From Spongospora subterranea f. sp. subterranea (lineage: Eukaryota), in assembly GCA_049724395.1 (NCBI GenBank), contig JAUGWO010000060.1, positions 62,001 to 126,000 on the forward strand: 64,000 bases of DNA, in the 5' to 3' direction. The notes under the pieces were generated by a model, which saw only the letters and a program-made list of their open reading frames with translations, did no database searches and was not told where the DNA came from. Of this stretch, positions 24,701-36,619 are shown piece by piece; positions within the stretch are counted from its first letter, which is position 1, and every line of letters starts with the position of its first letter. Made by a program: the position numbers and the translations under genes.

Positions 24701-26966
24701 GAAGTCCCGGATGTTATAGTTGACGAGAGTGCAAGCAACATAGCTACTTACAAATATGGTCATGCAGATCCTTATGAAACTAGCATAGCGTCTGCAACTT
24801 CTTCGATCAAGGGCGATTCAAGGGGGTCTTTAGACTCGTTTGGCAGCAATAGTCTAATCGTCTCTTCTATTCCAGTAAGCACAGCACTGCAAACAGCCAC
24901 CGAATGATATAATATCTATCCCCTGATTTCAGAGACCTGGGTTTACCAGCAGAAAAGATCACGCGTCGGAACAGTTACAAGAACGAGCGTCGCATTCCAA
25001 AACAGTATGCAGTGGAACTTTGCAATCAATTACACAATTTTTGACAATCATGCTCTGTTGTATAGGGGTCAGCTGCTGACTTATTTGGACTGTTTCATAT
25101 AAGTTTATTGATTGCTGATGTTTAGTTCATTTGGTGGGTCTTCACTGGCATTGATTGCTGAAATGAATTCCCTCAAGTTCGGTATAGAAGGTACGTTTCA
25201 AACGTTCTTAATACGCTTATGAAATTCTTACAAAAAAAAAGATGCTGAAAGCCAAGGTGGGAGCGTGAAGGTGGTCACGAAAAGGTAATGCATGACTAGT
25301 CTCGCTAAGATGAAACAAATTCAAGTCTCCTTTAGGAATTCTTTGTATTCTTTGAACAAACAGGGTAAACATCGATATTCTGAAATAGAGTCCATCGGCT
25401 TCATTGTGGGTATTGCCCAAAGCCAATTGGAACTCGTCAATGCCGAAGTTGGTGTCGTTTTCGGAAATCCATAAGTAAGCTAAATGCAAAACAATAGGCT
25501 GCTGCTGTATTTCTTGAGATTGGTAATGATATGAGCGAAATTCCCGCGGAACTGCGCTTAAATCAAGCGGACATCGATTCTGTTAAATCGAAACTAGACC
25601 GAGAACTAGAATTTTGTCAAATTTGCAAAACGTCAATACTGAAATATGAGGACATATACAGATTGGGTTAGTCAAACTTGCTCCATCGTACAGTGAATTT
25701 TTCATCCTTCAAATGCATGCAGATGATGGAATACTGTGTAAATTCCACTATATCGAAAAGGGACCGCCATGTTCAGTGTGCTGGGGTCCTCTTACAAATC
25801 ATAACGATTCATGCCGCATCAGTAACGGAACGCGCGCCCATAACTCTTGTGCTGTCTGCTCGGAATGCCTAAGTCGGTTTGTTCTGGAAGTTTGTGGTTT
25901 CTATTAACAGTTTTCTCCAGCCCATTCAAATGGAGAAACAATGATCGAGTGGAAAGAGGAGATGTATTGCAAAAATGACTTTCTGGACTTATTTAGAAGA
26001 TCTTGCTCTGCGTGCAGCAATCCAACAGAGAAGGATTTTTGCTCAATCGGCGGGAAATCTTTTCATCGGCAATGTATTGCCTGCTTTCAGTGCCACGCTT
26101 TTCTTGGAGATGGGGAGTCTCAAATTGTCATGATGCGAACTGGCGATCAAATTTATTGTGAAAAGCATGCTAGAGAGGCAATGTTGAGCTTATGTTGCTC
26201 CATTTGTCAGCTAGGTATTGCAGCCCACCTTGATCGTTTGATATGGCATAACATGACGCACTCAGAAATCCACAGCGACCAGAATGCTTCGACATTAAAC
26301 ATTGCGCCGTATCGATTTCACTGGGAATGTGCCTCATGTTCAGTCTGTGGTAAAAATGCTGTGATGGATTCCCCAGAATCATACCATATAATCAATCACA
26401 ACCCCGTTTCTATTGTATGCCATCAGGATTATATCGTAAGTCTTTTGTTTTAATGTCTGCTGAATGTCTATCAGTAATATGATATACAGCAGCTGAGTAC
26501 GATAGTAGAGTGTCCGTCGTGCAAAAATACGATCGAAATGGGCCAAAACAGGACACTTGTTGCGGGAACTCCGTATCATCTAGACTGCTTGCGTTGCTCA
26601 ATTTGCCAGACAAGGTTTCTTGAGTTCAAATTCTTGTTTCAATATTGATTGTTGTTGGGTGTCCACAGTCTGCTACATAGGACAATCTACGAACACAATG
26701 GAAAACTGATCTGTCATTCTGATTACGATGCGATGAGGGCGACGATAAAGGAAGGGAAAGTCTCATTGTGCGAAGCTTGTGGGGAACTGATCCGCTCAAC
26801 AAGGAAAGGTGTGAAAGTCAAAGGCCGGAAAATGCACCAGGACTGTGTCAAGTGCAGCGTATGCGATGAGAAACTGGGGACCGTCGGCCACATAGTCTTC
26901 ATCCATCGGAAAAAACTTCTGTGCGAGAAGCACCATTTAGAAATAGGAGGAGGATCGGAATCATAG
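21800..26966 (+). CDS. Large multi-exon protein: helical N-terminus, SH3 domain, C-terminal LIM array
   Basis: SH3-like GDADHLLYAEKGDLVVLM...MLGSCRNRTGFIPK at ~24310-24430. A half-LIM plus five CxxC..HxxCxxCxxC..CxxH/D LIM units lie at 25615-26940. Start uncertain; could be more than one gene. Confidence 0.7.
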
Positions 26967-27307
26967 GAATAGATTTTAGATTAGCATATCGGGTGTTGCC
27001 AATAAATCCGGATTGGTGATGTTATTTATTTCAAGTCTCTGTTTTTTGTTACCGATCGTACTTGCAATTATACTCTCTGCGGGTCCACTAGTTTCGAGGC
27101 CGCGGACCGACGAGCGTCAAAAGCCTGTCATAATTAATCGGAGATTAATCGCAATCGTTTGGGTTTGTAGCAATAGGAACCTCTCGCCGGCACACAGCCT
27201 GGTCGCGGGTGTGCTGGGCCAGTCTGCATCTGTGATCAGATAGCCCAGCGTTTATGAAACTGGATCAAGCTGTTGGCCGAACTCAGTGAGCGGCGCGCTT
27301 CTTCGGC

Positions 27308-29491
27308 ATGTCGCAGACCGGGAAAGAGCTTAGGGAAATGATGCGAAGAAATCTGTCAGTTGTTTTCGCTTCTTGACGATTTTTTCTCTAAGAGTTTTTT
27401 TACACAGGTTTAATGAACTTTCCAGTTTTTTTACAAACGACGAAGAAGGTCGAAGAATATCAGCTCAAATTGAAGATAAATTTTTCCAAAACTCTCGAAA
27501 TCAGGTTTCATAAATATTGATTTCACGAAACTTCCTAACTGAATACGTGCATCTTGACGCAGGAGGAGTACCTAACCGCGTTCATGAAGCATTTAGAACA
27601 GCTGAAAACATTGAAGGTGGAGGCTTATGCTCAGTCTATGACCATTCCGTCTCAGACGCAAACTTCAACCGCTGAGACGACCCCCGCATTAACCCCGGTT
27701 TGCTCTAACACTCCAAATTTTTTGGGGTTTATTGCTAAACGGTTAGTTTCTTAGAGTTTAGAATCGTTGCGGAAGTCGGCTTCTGTAACCGCTTCATTGC
27801 CAGCGACGATTGTTCCCACCGCAGCGGGCACCGCAGCCTCAGCAGAGATGCAGTCGAGAAACTTGGAAATTGTAGAGTATCTTTCTCAATGTCAGAAGAA
27901 AATATCGCCTGCATTTCTGGAGTCAATTGTTGACCCAAGGCAAAAGGCCTTCTTTGAACTTTTGATCAATGAAATCCGCAGTGTTCGTGCAACGTTAGCG
28001 CAAGGTGTTCCTCCAACTCATCCAGAACTCGGTCCAAGAATAAAAGTCATTGTCGAAAAGGTATCAGATTTTTTTTTCTCTGAAACAGAATCTGGCGAAC
28101 TACATTGGAGCATACATTTTTCTGGCTTGAATGGTCAAGTTCCACTGTTCACATTCTCACAATGGGGTTTCTCAGGTTAGAGCTATAATCAAGTCCCAAC
28201 AAGTGCATTCTCAACGTCCCCAAGCCCTACCGCAACAGACACAACAACCATCGACACAGCCACAACCGCCGTCCTTACGTCAAAATCTGGTTCGTTTTTC
28301 GAAATCATTGCCGTATACCATCTTGTCAATGCCTATTTGCAGCCGTCTTTGACTCGGCATATTCCATTGGCGCAAGCAGTCTCGGAGCCGATAACCGCGG
28401 CAATGATTGGAGCAAAACGAAAACGAAAACCGGCTGAGCCGCGCCGGCCAGCTACGAAGCAGACGAAGTCGGCTGCCGCTCCAGTTATGAACAGCTCTAA
28501 GGCGACGGGAACCTCAGCCGCCCCCATTTCATCTCGGCAAGCTCCAGCGATGGTGAAAACTGACTCAATGGCGGATCCCAACGCCGTCGTTCCAGGTTAC
28601 TGTTTGCTGTCATTTCTTCCGATTTGTCTAGAACTGCTTTGTTTAGGCATTCAAGGGTTTTTCGATCAGGTTGTCACGTTTGATAAGAAACCAAAAGCAA
28701 ATCAGTTGCGTCAGTCAGCCTTGCGAATTGAGTCGATGCTTGAATATATTCGAACAAGGGAAGGATTCGAAGCGGCTCAGATTGCACGTAATGCATCGAT
28801 TGCTACATCCAAACAACAAGCTGCCTCAGAAATTCAGAGCCGCGTCACTTCTCCAGTGTATGGTCGAAAAATGTTTTCTCTCGTGTGTTTCAGCGGTATT
28901 TTGTTGAGCCCGTATGTTTTAGGCCAAGTGCAACAGGCTCCTGCGAGAGGCAGACGGATACGGATGATATTGGAACCTCTGCTGACTACATTGTCGTAGG
29001 TGTGGTTTAGACGTATTTTTGCATGAGCTGATACATGCCTTCAGGGACAGACTTTGCTGGCTGGTGAATCGGCACCTTTGCCAGATGAAATATTGGTTAC
29101 GGCTGATGATATACCATATAATCGGGAGCTTGATCAAATTCAGCTGTCTGGATTGTTCAATATTCTGGATGTTCCGTGTAAAAACGCTTCGTGGCGTATG
29201 CTGAAATTTGATCTGATTGCAGCTGGAGTACCCTCATTGCTGGTGGGAATCCGAAACGACTACAACGAAAAAGACTGTACTGCTATTTGTTCAAGTGGTC
29301 CTAGCGTCTGCCTTGATCGTATTGATTATCGGGCACAGAAGGGCAATAGCAGTCTCAGTGACGCCAATATTATTCAGATCGATGCACTTCTCAGGCGGTG
29401 TATGGCGCAACGCCGTCCATGTCTGTACGATCTGGTTTGTACGTGGCATAGTGCCATTAAGCATGTATTCTCTATTGATACCAATTCATAA
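27308..29491 (+). CDS. MED15: Mediator subunit 15-like (KIX domain, Q/P-rich middle, MED15 C-terminal-like domain)
   Basis: Spliced N-terminus ELREMMRRNLFNELSSFF...ISAQIEDKFFQNSRNQ|EEYLTAFMKHL is KIX-like. C-terminal ELDQI...LKFDLIAAGVPSLLVGIRNDY resembles the MED15 C-terminus. Confidence 0.65.
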
Positions 29492-29575
29492 TTATCTAAA
29501 TACACCCATTTTAGAAAATTGTATTTAGTAGTATCTTAATCGGATATATAGTATGGTAGATGATTCTTGCCTCGC

Positions 29576-30818
29576 CTAATGACTATTTTTCAAAGCGGCA
29601 ATTTCTTCCTGCAACTCCTCAATCTTTTTTAAACTTTTGTCTAAGCTCTTTGTTAAATCCGATTCTAGCGACTCCATTGCCGTGGCGACCACCTCTTTGT
29701 CTGCATCACGGTCGGCAATATGCTGTGCCTCTCTTTCCGAGATCTATCGAATCAGATTTTAGCAAAATGCAAGGTTATAGGCAAACTATGTACATATTCC
29801 ACGCCATTTTGAATGACTTCTGCGTTCTGCTGCAAAAGCAACTGTTGGCTGAAGAGTAACTCATCACAACGAACTTGTAGTGTAGCATTCTTTGTCTTAA
29901 GAACCTTTATTTCAGCTTGCAAAGCGGCCTATAGCAAGACATATGAGATGATAAAGCTCTGTTGAACCAAGACGCAGCAAGTGACCCAGTAAATTTGGTC
30001 AGTTCCACACGTCATTAAAACGGTAAAATTTACAACCGCAACAATTATGAACAGCGCGCAATAGAGCAAACAAATAGGGAATTTGATTTGAAACGTAATC
30101 ACCCAACCTTTTCGGCATCATGAACCCTAGCGTTGGTTATGACAGAGCGCTCAACAACGGGATTAGGTTTAGGGAGGGGCGTTTGCATCGCAGAGGTGGC
30201 AACCATGCAATTATACATCAGAGAAATTTCGACAATGTGTGATTTCAATGAATCAATATGACTACATTTCTGAATGCATTGATTACAGAGTGCTTTTGGC
30301 GAGAACGAAAAAGGGAACCTCTTCAAGTGCCCGTATATGATCACGATCATTCTCGTGTTCATTGACAGCAGCAATCAGCGCCGATTTGATCCGGTTGTAT
30401 TTCTCCAGCTGTATGTCGTATCGGACGCTCATGTCTGTGCACTCCTGCTGTAGTTTCTCAGACTTTGCCAGTGCCTCTGCTAATTCTGTCTCATGCTAGG
30501 CAAAATCAGCAAATTGCCTTGAGGCAAACAAAAACGAACGTACTTTATTGACCAAACACTGTAGATCGCTTATATCTTTTTGTTGAGATTTAGTCTTCTT
30601 TCTTAATTGCACTTCCACTGCCGATATCCCATCAGGTACTCTATCCCGCTTCTTAGACACTTCCCGGGCTTCCTAATCAAACCCGCGAATTAAAACTCTG
30701 CGCTGGCGTATTCAAATGCACGACCGCAAACGCCGATTACCTTCCACTGGTTCAGCTGGAGAGCACGTGAAGTGTTCTCGTTGACGTTCGACAGCGGTTT
30801 GCGCCCTGAAGAACTCAT
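29576..30818 (-). CDS. Coiled-coil protein, 6 exons
   Basis: MSSSGRKPLSNVNENTSRALQLNQWK|EAREVSKK...|HETELAEALAKSEKLQQEC...|...|AALQAEIKVLKTKNATL...|...KKIEELQEEIAALKNSH*; in-frame GT-AG junctions. Confidence 0.75.
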
Positions 30819-31274
30819 CTGCCCTGCACGAGACAATCCAAAACCCGTCCCGTAATCACGATAATCGCCTGATCCAATCTACCATCAAACGACGGTTGTG
30901 AGAGAAGTCCAGTGATGGACTGCCCGGCCCTTCTCACAGTCACGCAATCCAACGCTTCTGTCACAGGCACTGACTGGCATCTTATTCGAATCGCGCGCCA
31001 CAATCAATCATCTAAAACCACAAACCACAATGGTATTCGAACTGTGTTCAGATGATGTATTGGTTATGGCGTTTGCGTTCCAGGAAGGAACCAGGCTGCA
31101 TTGGAGTGACCAGCAGGTAGAACGCGGCTCCTAAGGTGCCCTGTCTGCAGAACCGATTCACACTAGAATCGGACTGTTTGATAAAGACACAGATAATTTC
31201 GGCAGTCAGACACCTTAGGAGTGGCGTGAATATATTCTGTTCTCGTATCGGTGCACCTTTTAACCTGATTTAAT

Positions 31275-32160
31275 ATGGTGGCTCATCACTCTGACGCCAA
31301 ATCGCTTGGGGGCAACACCACACGGCAGACCGTCGCCTCACTGAATCGACGTCAATCCGAGTTCGAGAATTACAAACAGCGACGCTTTGACGAGCTGATG
31401 ATCACTTTACAGCTATTCGGGCGCCTTCTTCAACTACGGACCCTCAACGCCAACGCATCCAACACGGCTGGTCCCCGACCGCGCTGATCAACTGCTGGGA
31501 ATCCCAGCACTGCGAGCTCTTCGCATCGTTATCGATATCGACGGTATTGTGCGGTCAATCTTAAACCCTTTAGCGAAATGACCGTCCCGGAGGACCCAGG
31601 CCGATCGAAGTCGCTGCAAACACGCAAGTGGTCAACCCTAACGAGATCATGCTGCCTCCCTGGTCCAAAACCCTGGTCGACGCCGACATCCAGCACAACT
31701 TGAAAGGCGCTGCTACAATCAATCGTCGTCCCACCGCCTGGCTGCTGCGTACGCCCATAACGAAGTCAACTCTTGCACCACCGCGGTGCTGATTTCGAAC
31801 CTGACGCACGAACCCGTGCTGATCCCGAAGGCTTCACAGTCGCGGCCGCGGCACCACTTCTTGTCGCAACGTTGGCGACCGACTCTGTTGTGACACCCTG
31901 GATTTCAGGGCGTCCCGACGGCCTACTGTTATCAAGTTCGCTGGCATCTTCACCTCGGTCGGACATCGTGCCATCAGGAGTCCCCGACACGGTCGAACAC
32001 TGCATCGTTGGCGACCCACCTTGCATCGCTCGATTGATGCAGGCAGCGGTTAGCCGCGGAAACCTTCAGCAACTCCTGGATTCAGGTACCGGCCCGTGGA
32101 CGGGCGTCGTCGTGATCACGCCAAGGCAATCGACCGGGCATTTGGCGACTCACCACTGAT
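31275..32160 (+). mobile_element. Degenerate Ty3/Gypsy-like LTR retrotransposon fragment (protease C-terminus and protease-RT linker)
   Basis: GC-rich and intronless. LLGIPALRALRIVIDIDG (~31492-31545) matches the retropepsin C-terminal motif. EIMLPPWSKTLVDADI and VLISNLTHEPVLIP.GFTVA match the dUTPase-like linker of Gypsy pol. Frameshifted; no RT/IN seen. Confidence 0.6.
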
Positions 32161-32519
32161 TATCGTCGTTTGTATGACGTGACCAGTTTCAACGCAAATC
32201 CGATGGCGACAGCCTCCTTCTCCTACCAAGCGCGCCTTCAAAAAAAAAGGGTGTCGAACGCAGCTGCTGCAACCTCAGTCCTCGGCTGGTGAACCGCCGA
32301 CCCCCGCCTTCGTTGCCTACGATCGGTTTGACAGAATCTCGAGGCAGGCCAAGAAACCTATTAGTTGTTGATGGCGCCATCCTGTTTGTCCCCATAACCG
32401 TTCCCCTTTTTCTCATCATCATTGTCCGGAATGTGAATCATGACCCATAGGGATCCATGACGGAAGCTCTTAAGTTGTGTTTGGCCTGATAGGCCTCAAA
32501 TTCCACTATCTAGTCGCCC

Positions 32520-34119
32520 TGGCGTCGTTAGCTGTGATGTTTTGGTTGCGTTAATCAGGGCTGTCAAAGGGACGATGTTGAATGTAGGGTTGTAGCCCTA
32601 AGAAACATCCCCAAATACCACCCATGAGGTTGACCAAATCGTAGAATGCAACTGGCATCAGGACAAGCCGAGACACTCAATTTCCTGATGAGGCTCTGTA
32701 ACCTCGACGCTCTCACCAGGATTCCCCGGTGGGAAGTCGCTGCAACAGGATTTGCCTTCATCTAACATTGTTTCCAGGGTCCCCAAGTTTCGTTAACTTT
32801 CCCTTCTGAGCATAAAATGCCTGCAACGGTTTCTGAATATTCCCGCAGCACTTTGCTGAACTCATGTCGAATTCACGATTGAACAATGTACCACCAGATC
32901 GAGCGTCAAGTGCCCATTGCGAGTTGATCCAACTATACATTACAATCGTATCACCATCTATGCAACATTCCGTTCTCTCATTCGACTCTTCCGGTCTTTG
33001 TCGACAAATCAGATCACACTTCAAATTGATCTGTTCCACGAAATTCACCAAGAGACTCGGGGGCCTTCACTACCAACGATGGATCTGATACCAGGTGGAT
33101 ATCTTTAGTTCGTATATGATAATCAGCAGGGCAAATCAGACCTTGTTCGCATTGACTCCCTCGAGTTTTCTTTGCATTTCAACTTCTACAGAGTCGTCTT
33201 TGTGATAATGCTTCATGTCTTTCTTTCGCTATTTATTACGTGAATTGACTTCTCGGATGAAAGGCCATCCGAAAAGGAAGCCGTTTACGTTTTCTATGCT
33301 AGAAAATATCGAAAGAAAAACATTAAGCATTTTCACGATAATCATGGCCACGGCATGCATTACTTCTCAAACGTCTACGAGGAGGACGTTCCAACCCGGG
33401 AGGATGGTACTTTCGTCAAAGTTCAAAAGTTTACTAAGATATATTAGATTCTGCTGTCATGAGTGGTCATACTGGTGATGTTAGCGTTGAATTTTGCCCC
33501 CGCGCAATGGCTATTTGTGGCGTTGTTACGTACGAAATCAGGCCAAAGGTGATGACTTTCGTCAATCCCAAATTTTTGTAGGAAATACAAACACTGGGGA
33601 TAAGTCAAGTTGACAGCTGCGCCTGATACAATCTGTTTTATACGAGCTCGCTCCGGCCACGGCACATCGCCGCTGAACCGGATCTTGTCCTTGAAGCTAA
33701 TTTCGCCTATATCACACCGTGAACAACTCACTGCGTTTGATGGAAATAGACAAGCCAATGCAACACTATCAACAAATATCGGATTTGAAGTGAATAATCA
33801 AATTGTCACTGATTTTCATGTTATAAACAATTTGAACATGTTTTATGAAACAAACATCCGTCAGCAACGCCCTGAATGAACTGACCTTCAAAAACACTAT
33901 TAACACAGTCCAGTTGTCGATGGAGCAGCGAGTTGGAACTACTTCCATGATCACAGCTGTGGCGATTATTTGATTTTGTACCCTGACGTTTATTACCTCC
34001 CGTCGCAATCTCCAACGTTGGCTTCGCAGCCACCTATTCGAACAAACCCCCTCAGCCGCAAACCACACATCGCAGCGGCATGATGCAGCCATTACCGGTC
34101 TACATAGGTTGGCGACCAT
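32520..34119 (-). pseudogene. Decayed protein-coding gene of unknown family
   Basis: Starts ATG-exon-intron (MVANLCRP|VAAKPT...). One frame from ~33440 to ~32760 reads protein-like but has scattered single stops, plus frameshifts. Confidence 0.45.
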
Positions 34120-35138
34120 GGTTCACGCGAAGCCAATCAGCCAATGGCATTAATCAAATGATCGCAACCGAAATAGAGGTTCCCCATTAATACCCGCTAT
34201 TAGCGGACCCTGCGCCCCGAAGCGTAAACGTCAGTGGCGCAGTCACTCATTTCCACTGGCACATTGGCGCAAAACAAGCGCCAACGAGTCGCCAACCCGG
34301 TGTTGCGCAGGGATGGCGCACGCCTACGGTGGTTGCTCTCTGGTTCTGTTGAAATGACGTCCGAGTCAAGTTTTTGGTCTGTGTCATCAAGTTTATTTCC
34401 TGACTCAACGCAACGCGATAGACGAGAACTCGGGCAGCGTCTTGACGCAGTATCAGGCTGTAAAACGCAGGCATCTGCGGCGAACGGCAACCGCGACTTT
34501 GGGATTTGCATCTTCCAAAGAGTCATTCTCATCGTAGATACATTCTCGTCCTTCAGCTCGCGACCTGTCGGGAAACACGAACGGCTGCTGTCAAAGAAAG
34601 CGCTCCCTGATGGCACAGACGATCGCGCACATCAAATTGTCATGGGCCGGTCGTGCAATCCTTGGAGAGCGAGGTTGAACAATAGGAGACGCCCCAGAAG
34701 TGCTTTCCAAAGTTCGCGCGGCTGGGGCGTGATTGATGTGCATGGGATCATAAGTGCCATGAGAGGGTGGCCTCCGCAAATAAACTTCGCCGACCGTTCA
34801 GAATTCTGCCCAACGTTGTCGTCAACCAGAATTCATTAACACTTAATCTGGATTTCGAAAAAATGTTTCGAGTGCACGTTTAAAAAAACCTTTGATATCT
34901 GCAGAGGTTCTGCGAAAGCATGTTGGTCCAAGTTCCATTTCAGTTTTCGAAATTTGAGCGAGTTTTTTCCAGAACTTATCTCTACTCGATGTGGGACATG
35001 TGCTAGGAGTGAAAGCAAGTAATTGACCGACTCAAGAAGCCCAGAACTATCTGGATTGATGACCCGGAGGTCATTTTGTGATTTCTAGGGCGGTGACGCC
35101 GCTTTCCATCACATATCGCTATATTGTGTCTGGAGATC

Positions 35139-36510
35139 ATGAATGGGCTCGCTCTCCTCGTGTTCCTGCTTCTGTTGACGGAGCAAACTCTGGCGCAATG
35201 CAGAGCCCCAGCTCGTTCAGATGGAAAATGTGGACCGTGGAACAACGCCTCTACTTGCGCTGGCGCCAACTGTTGTAGTGGATTCGGCTGGTAAGACCCA
35301 TCAGTCTTTACCCAACACCGTCATCATGATGGTTTTCCAGGTGCGGAACTGGACCAGAGTGGTGTAATCAGAACTCTTTCTGTTTACCCAATATGACCAC
35401 CAAATTGCCGACTAACGAAACGAAACTGCCGCCTGGCACAGCACAATTGCCATCCGTAAATTTCACATCGAACACGACGAAATTGCCACCCTTGCTTGCT
35501 AAACCGTTAACGAGGCAATCGACACCAGCGCCATCCCTGCTACCGACCTCCAGACGATCGACACAAGCGCCATCCGTGGTTGCTCAGCCGACCTCCAGAC
35601 GAACGACACAAGTGCCATCGGTGGTTCCGACCAACGCCCCGCCATCGACACAGCAACGCACAACGGTGATCGCTCCAAGAAGGGAAGAGATCAGGGCGCT
35701 GCGTTCGTGCGGTGATGGGAAGCGTGTGATTGCGTTAACGTTTGACGATGGGCCACAACCGGATGTCGGTGGTGCATTACTGGATGAGCTGCGCGCCAAC
35801 AAGATCGTGGCCACGTATTTTAGCTCGCCGGCCGCGAACGGGGAGGAACAGCTCCCTGCTCGCTGCGATCTCATGAGGCGGATTGTAAAGGAGGGCCATA
35901 GTATGCAGTTGCACAGTTTCACCCATCCCCATTTCGCCAATCTAACTCGGCAGCAATTCGATAGCGAGATGACGCGATCACAGCAGTTTCTGCAGACTTG
36001 TGATGCTCGCCCAATCATGTTTCGGCCTCCTTTCGGGGAAGTGACTCCTGAGCAAGTTCAAACGATCAACCAGAAATATAGTATTTGGCCATATTCTCAT
36101 CTATTGTTATTTCAGGTAATCACGATGTGCTTGAATTGTAGATATGACGATAGCAATGTGGAATGTGGATCCAAGCGATTTCTCAAATCCGACGGACTCG
36201 GCTCAGGCCATTCGCGACCGTGTTGTGCAACAGTTCGAGTCGCTGGTCGGCATCGGGAATTCTGCCATTGTCCTCCTACATGAAGAGGAAGCCGGGAAAC
36301 GTCCCGGTAAGTTTATTTCCAGCCACTGCTCGCAAAGCGTTGAGGTCGCGCCGTTTAGGGCTGGTGACAATGTTGGTGGAATACTTCCAAGGCCTGAAAT
36401 ACACGTTCGTGACGGTTCCACAATGCTATAATAATTGCGGCCAAGCGATTTGCGGCGGGTTGGACACTGGAGTCACATTTATGGGCGTCGAATCATTCTT
36501 TTTTCCATAA
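35139..36510 (+). CDS. Secreted chitin/polysaccharide deacetylase (signal peptide, CBM18, P/T linker, CE4/NodB)
   Basis: Signal MNGLALLVFLLLLTEQTLAQ; hevein-like CGPWNNASTCAGANCCSGFGW|CGTGPEWC; CE4 motifs TFDDGP, HSFTH, RPPFG, DPSDF, LLHE. Confidence 0.93.
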
Positions 36511-36619
36511 TCGTTACAAAGACGAGTATCATCGCTTTTTTTGTAAATTCAACGTGTTGAAACGCGAAAATAATTTTTTGTCCTGTCTGCCAGAGGCTTC
36601 CTGATGTGGCGTCAGGGAA

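Noticed and set aside
31122..31227. Hammerhead ribozyme or TPP riboswitch
   Set aside because: Neither the CUGANGA/GAAA core nor the CUGAGA/GAUAA-CCAGCGUAGG motifs are correctly placed on either strand
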